Shown here: piece by piece, positions 63,891 through 64,000 of the stretch | Numbering within the stretch: position 1 is the stretch's first letter | Layout: each line of letters begins with the position of its first letter | Source of the DNA: Trichosphaerium sp. ATCC 40318 | Taxonomy: Eukaryota > Protista > Tubulinea | Length of the DNA stretch: 64,000 bases | Reading direction: 5' to 3' | Assembly (NCBI GenBank): GCA_038496445.1 | Contig: JALMLS010000092.1 | Coordinates: 46,861 to 110,860 of the forward strand | Notes under the pieces: generated by a model | Told to the model about the DNA's origin: nothing | Databases searched by the model: none | What the model saw: the letters and a program-made list of their open reading frames with translations, nothing else | Program-made: the position numbers and the translations under genes

Positions 63891-64000
63891 GTTGCTGCAA
63901 AATCTTTGTTGTAAGCCTATTATGTACATTAATATTATGATAACACAAAAAAAAGAGATATGTAAAATGTCTGAAAGGCTTACAACATTACATTCAAATT

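Overview
AT-rich, gene-dense eukaryotic DNA with the standard genetic code and very many short (about 40-110 nt) spliceosomal introns (GTAYGT/GTAAGT/GTGCGT donors, CTAAC/CTGAC branch sites close to the AG). The gene content fits a free-living protist, possibly an amoebozoan (inference). Most ORF-track entries are exon fragments or spurious. From left to right: two duplicated type-I membrane protein genes enclosing two MITE-like elements, an intronless secreted orphan and a truncated PARP-like ADP-ribosyltransferase; an almost intronless F-box/LRR gene; a GH79 glycosidase; ITPK1; a membrane-anchored aldo-keto reductase lacking the catalytic Asp and Lys; a 27-kb tandem array of seven surface LRR genes with predicted GPI anchors; an atypical Rho GTPase; a Zn2Cys6 transcription factor head-to-head with TOR; an inverted, truncated eighth LRR copy; and a decayed Mutator/Kolobok-like transposase. 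The best candidate for an undescribed system is the LRR array. Almost every LRR has its own phase-2 exon, and variation concentrates on the predicted ligand-facing beta-strand residues, one set of which sits on an 8-11 nt micro-exon. Paralogues are patchworks of one another and differ by whole-exon gain or loss, suggesting a diversifying, VLR/RLP-like recognition repertoire in a unicellular eukaryote. All gene models were spliced by hand, so exon details need RNA-seq confirmation.
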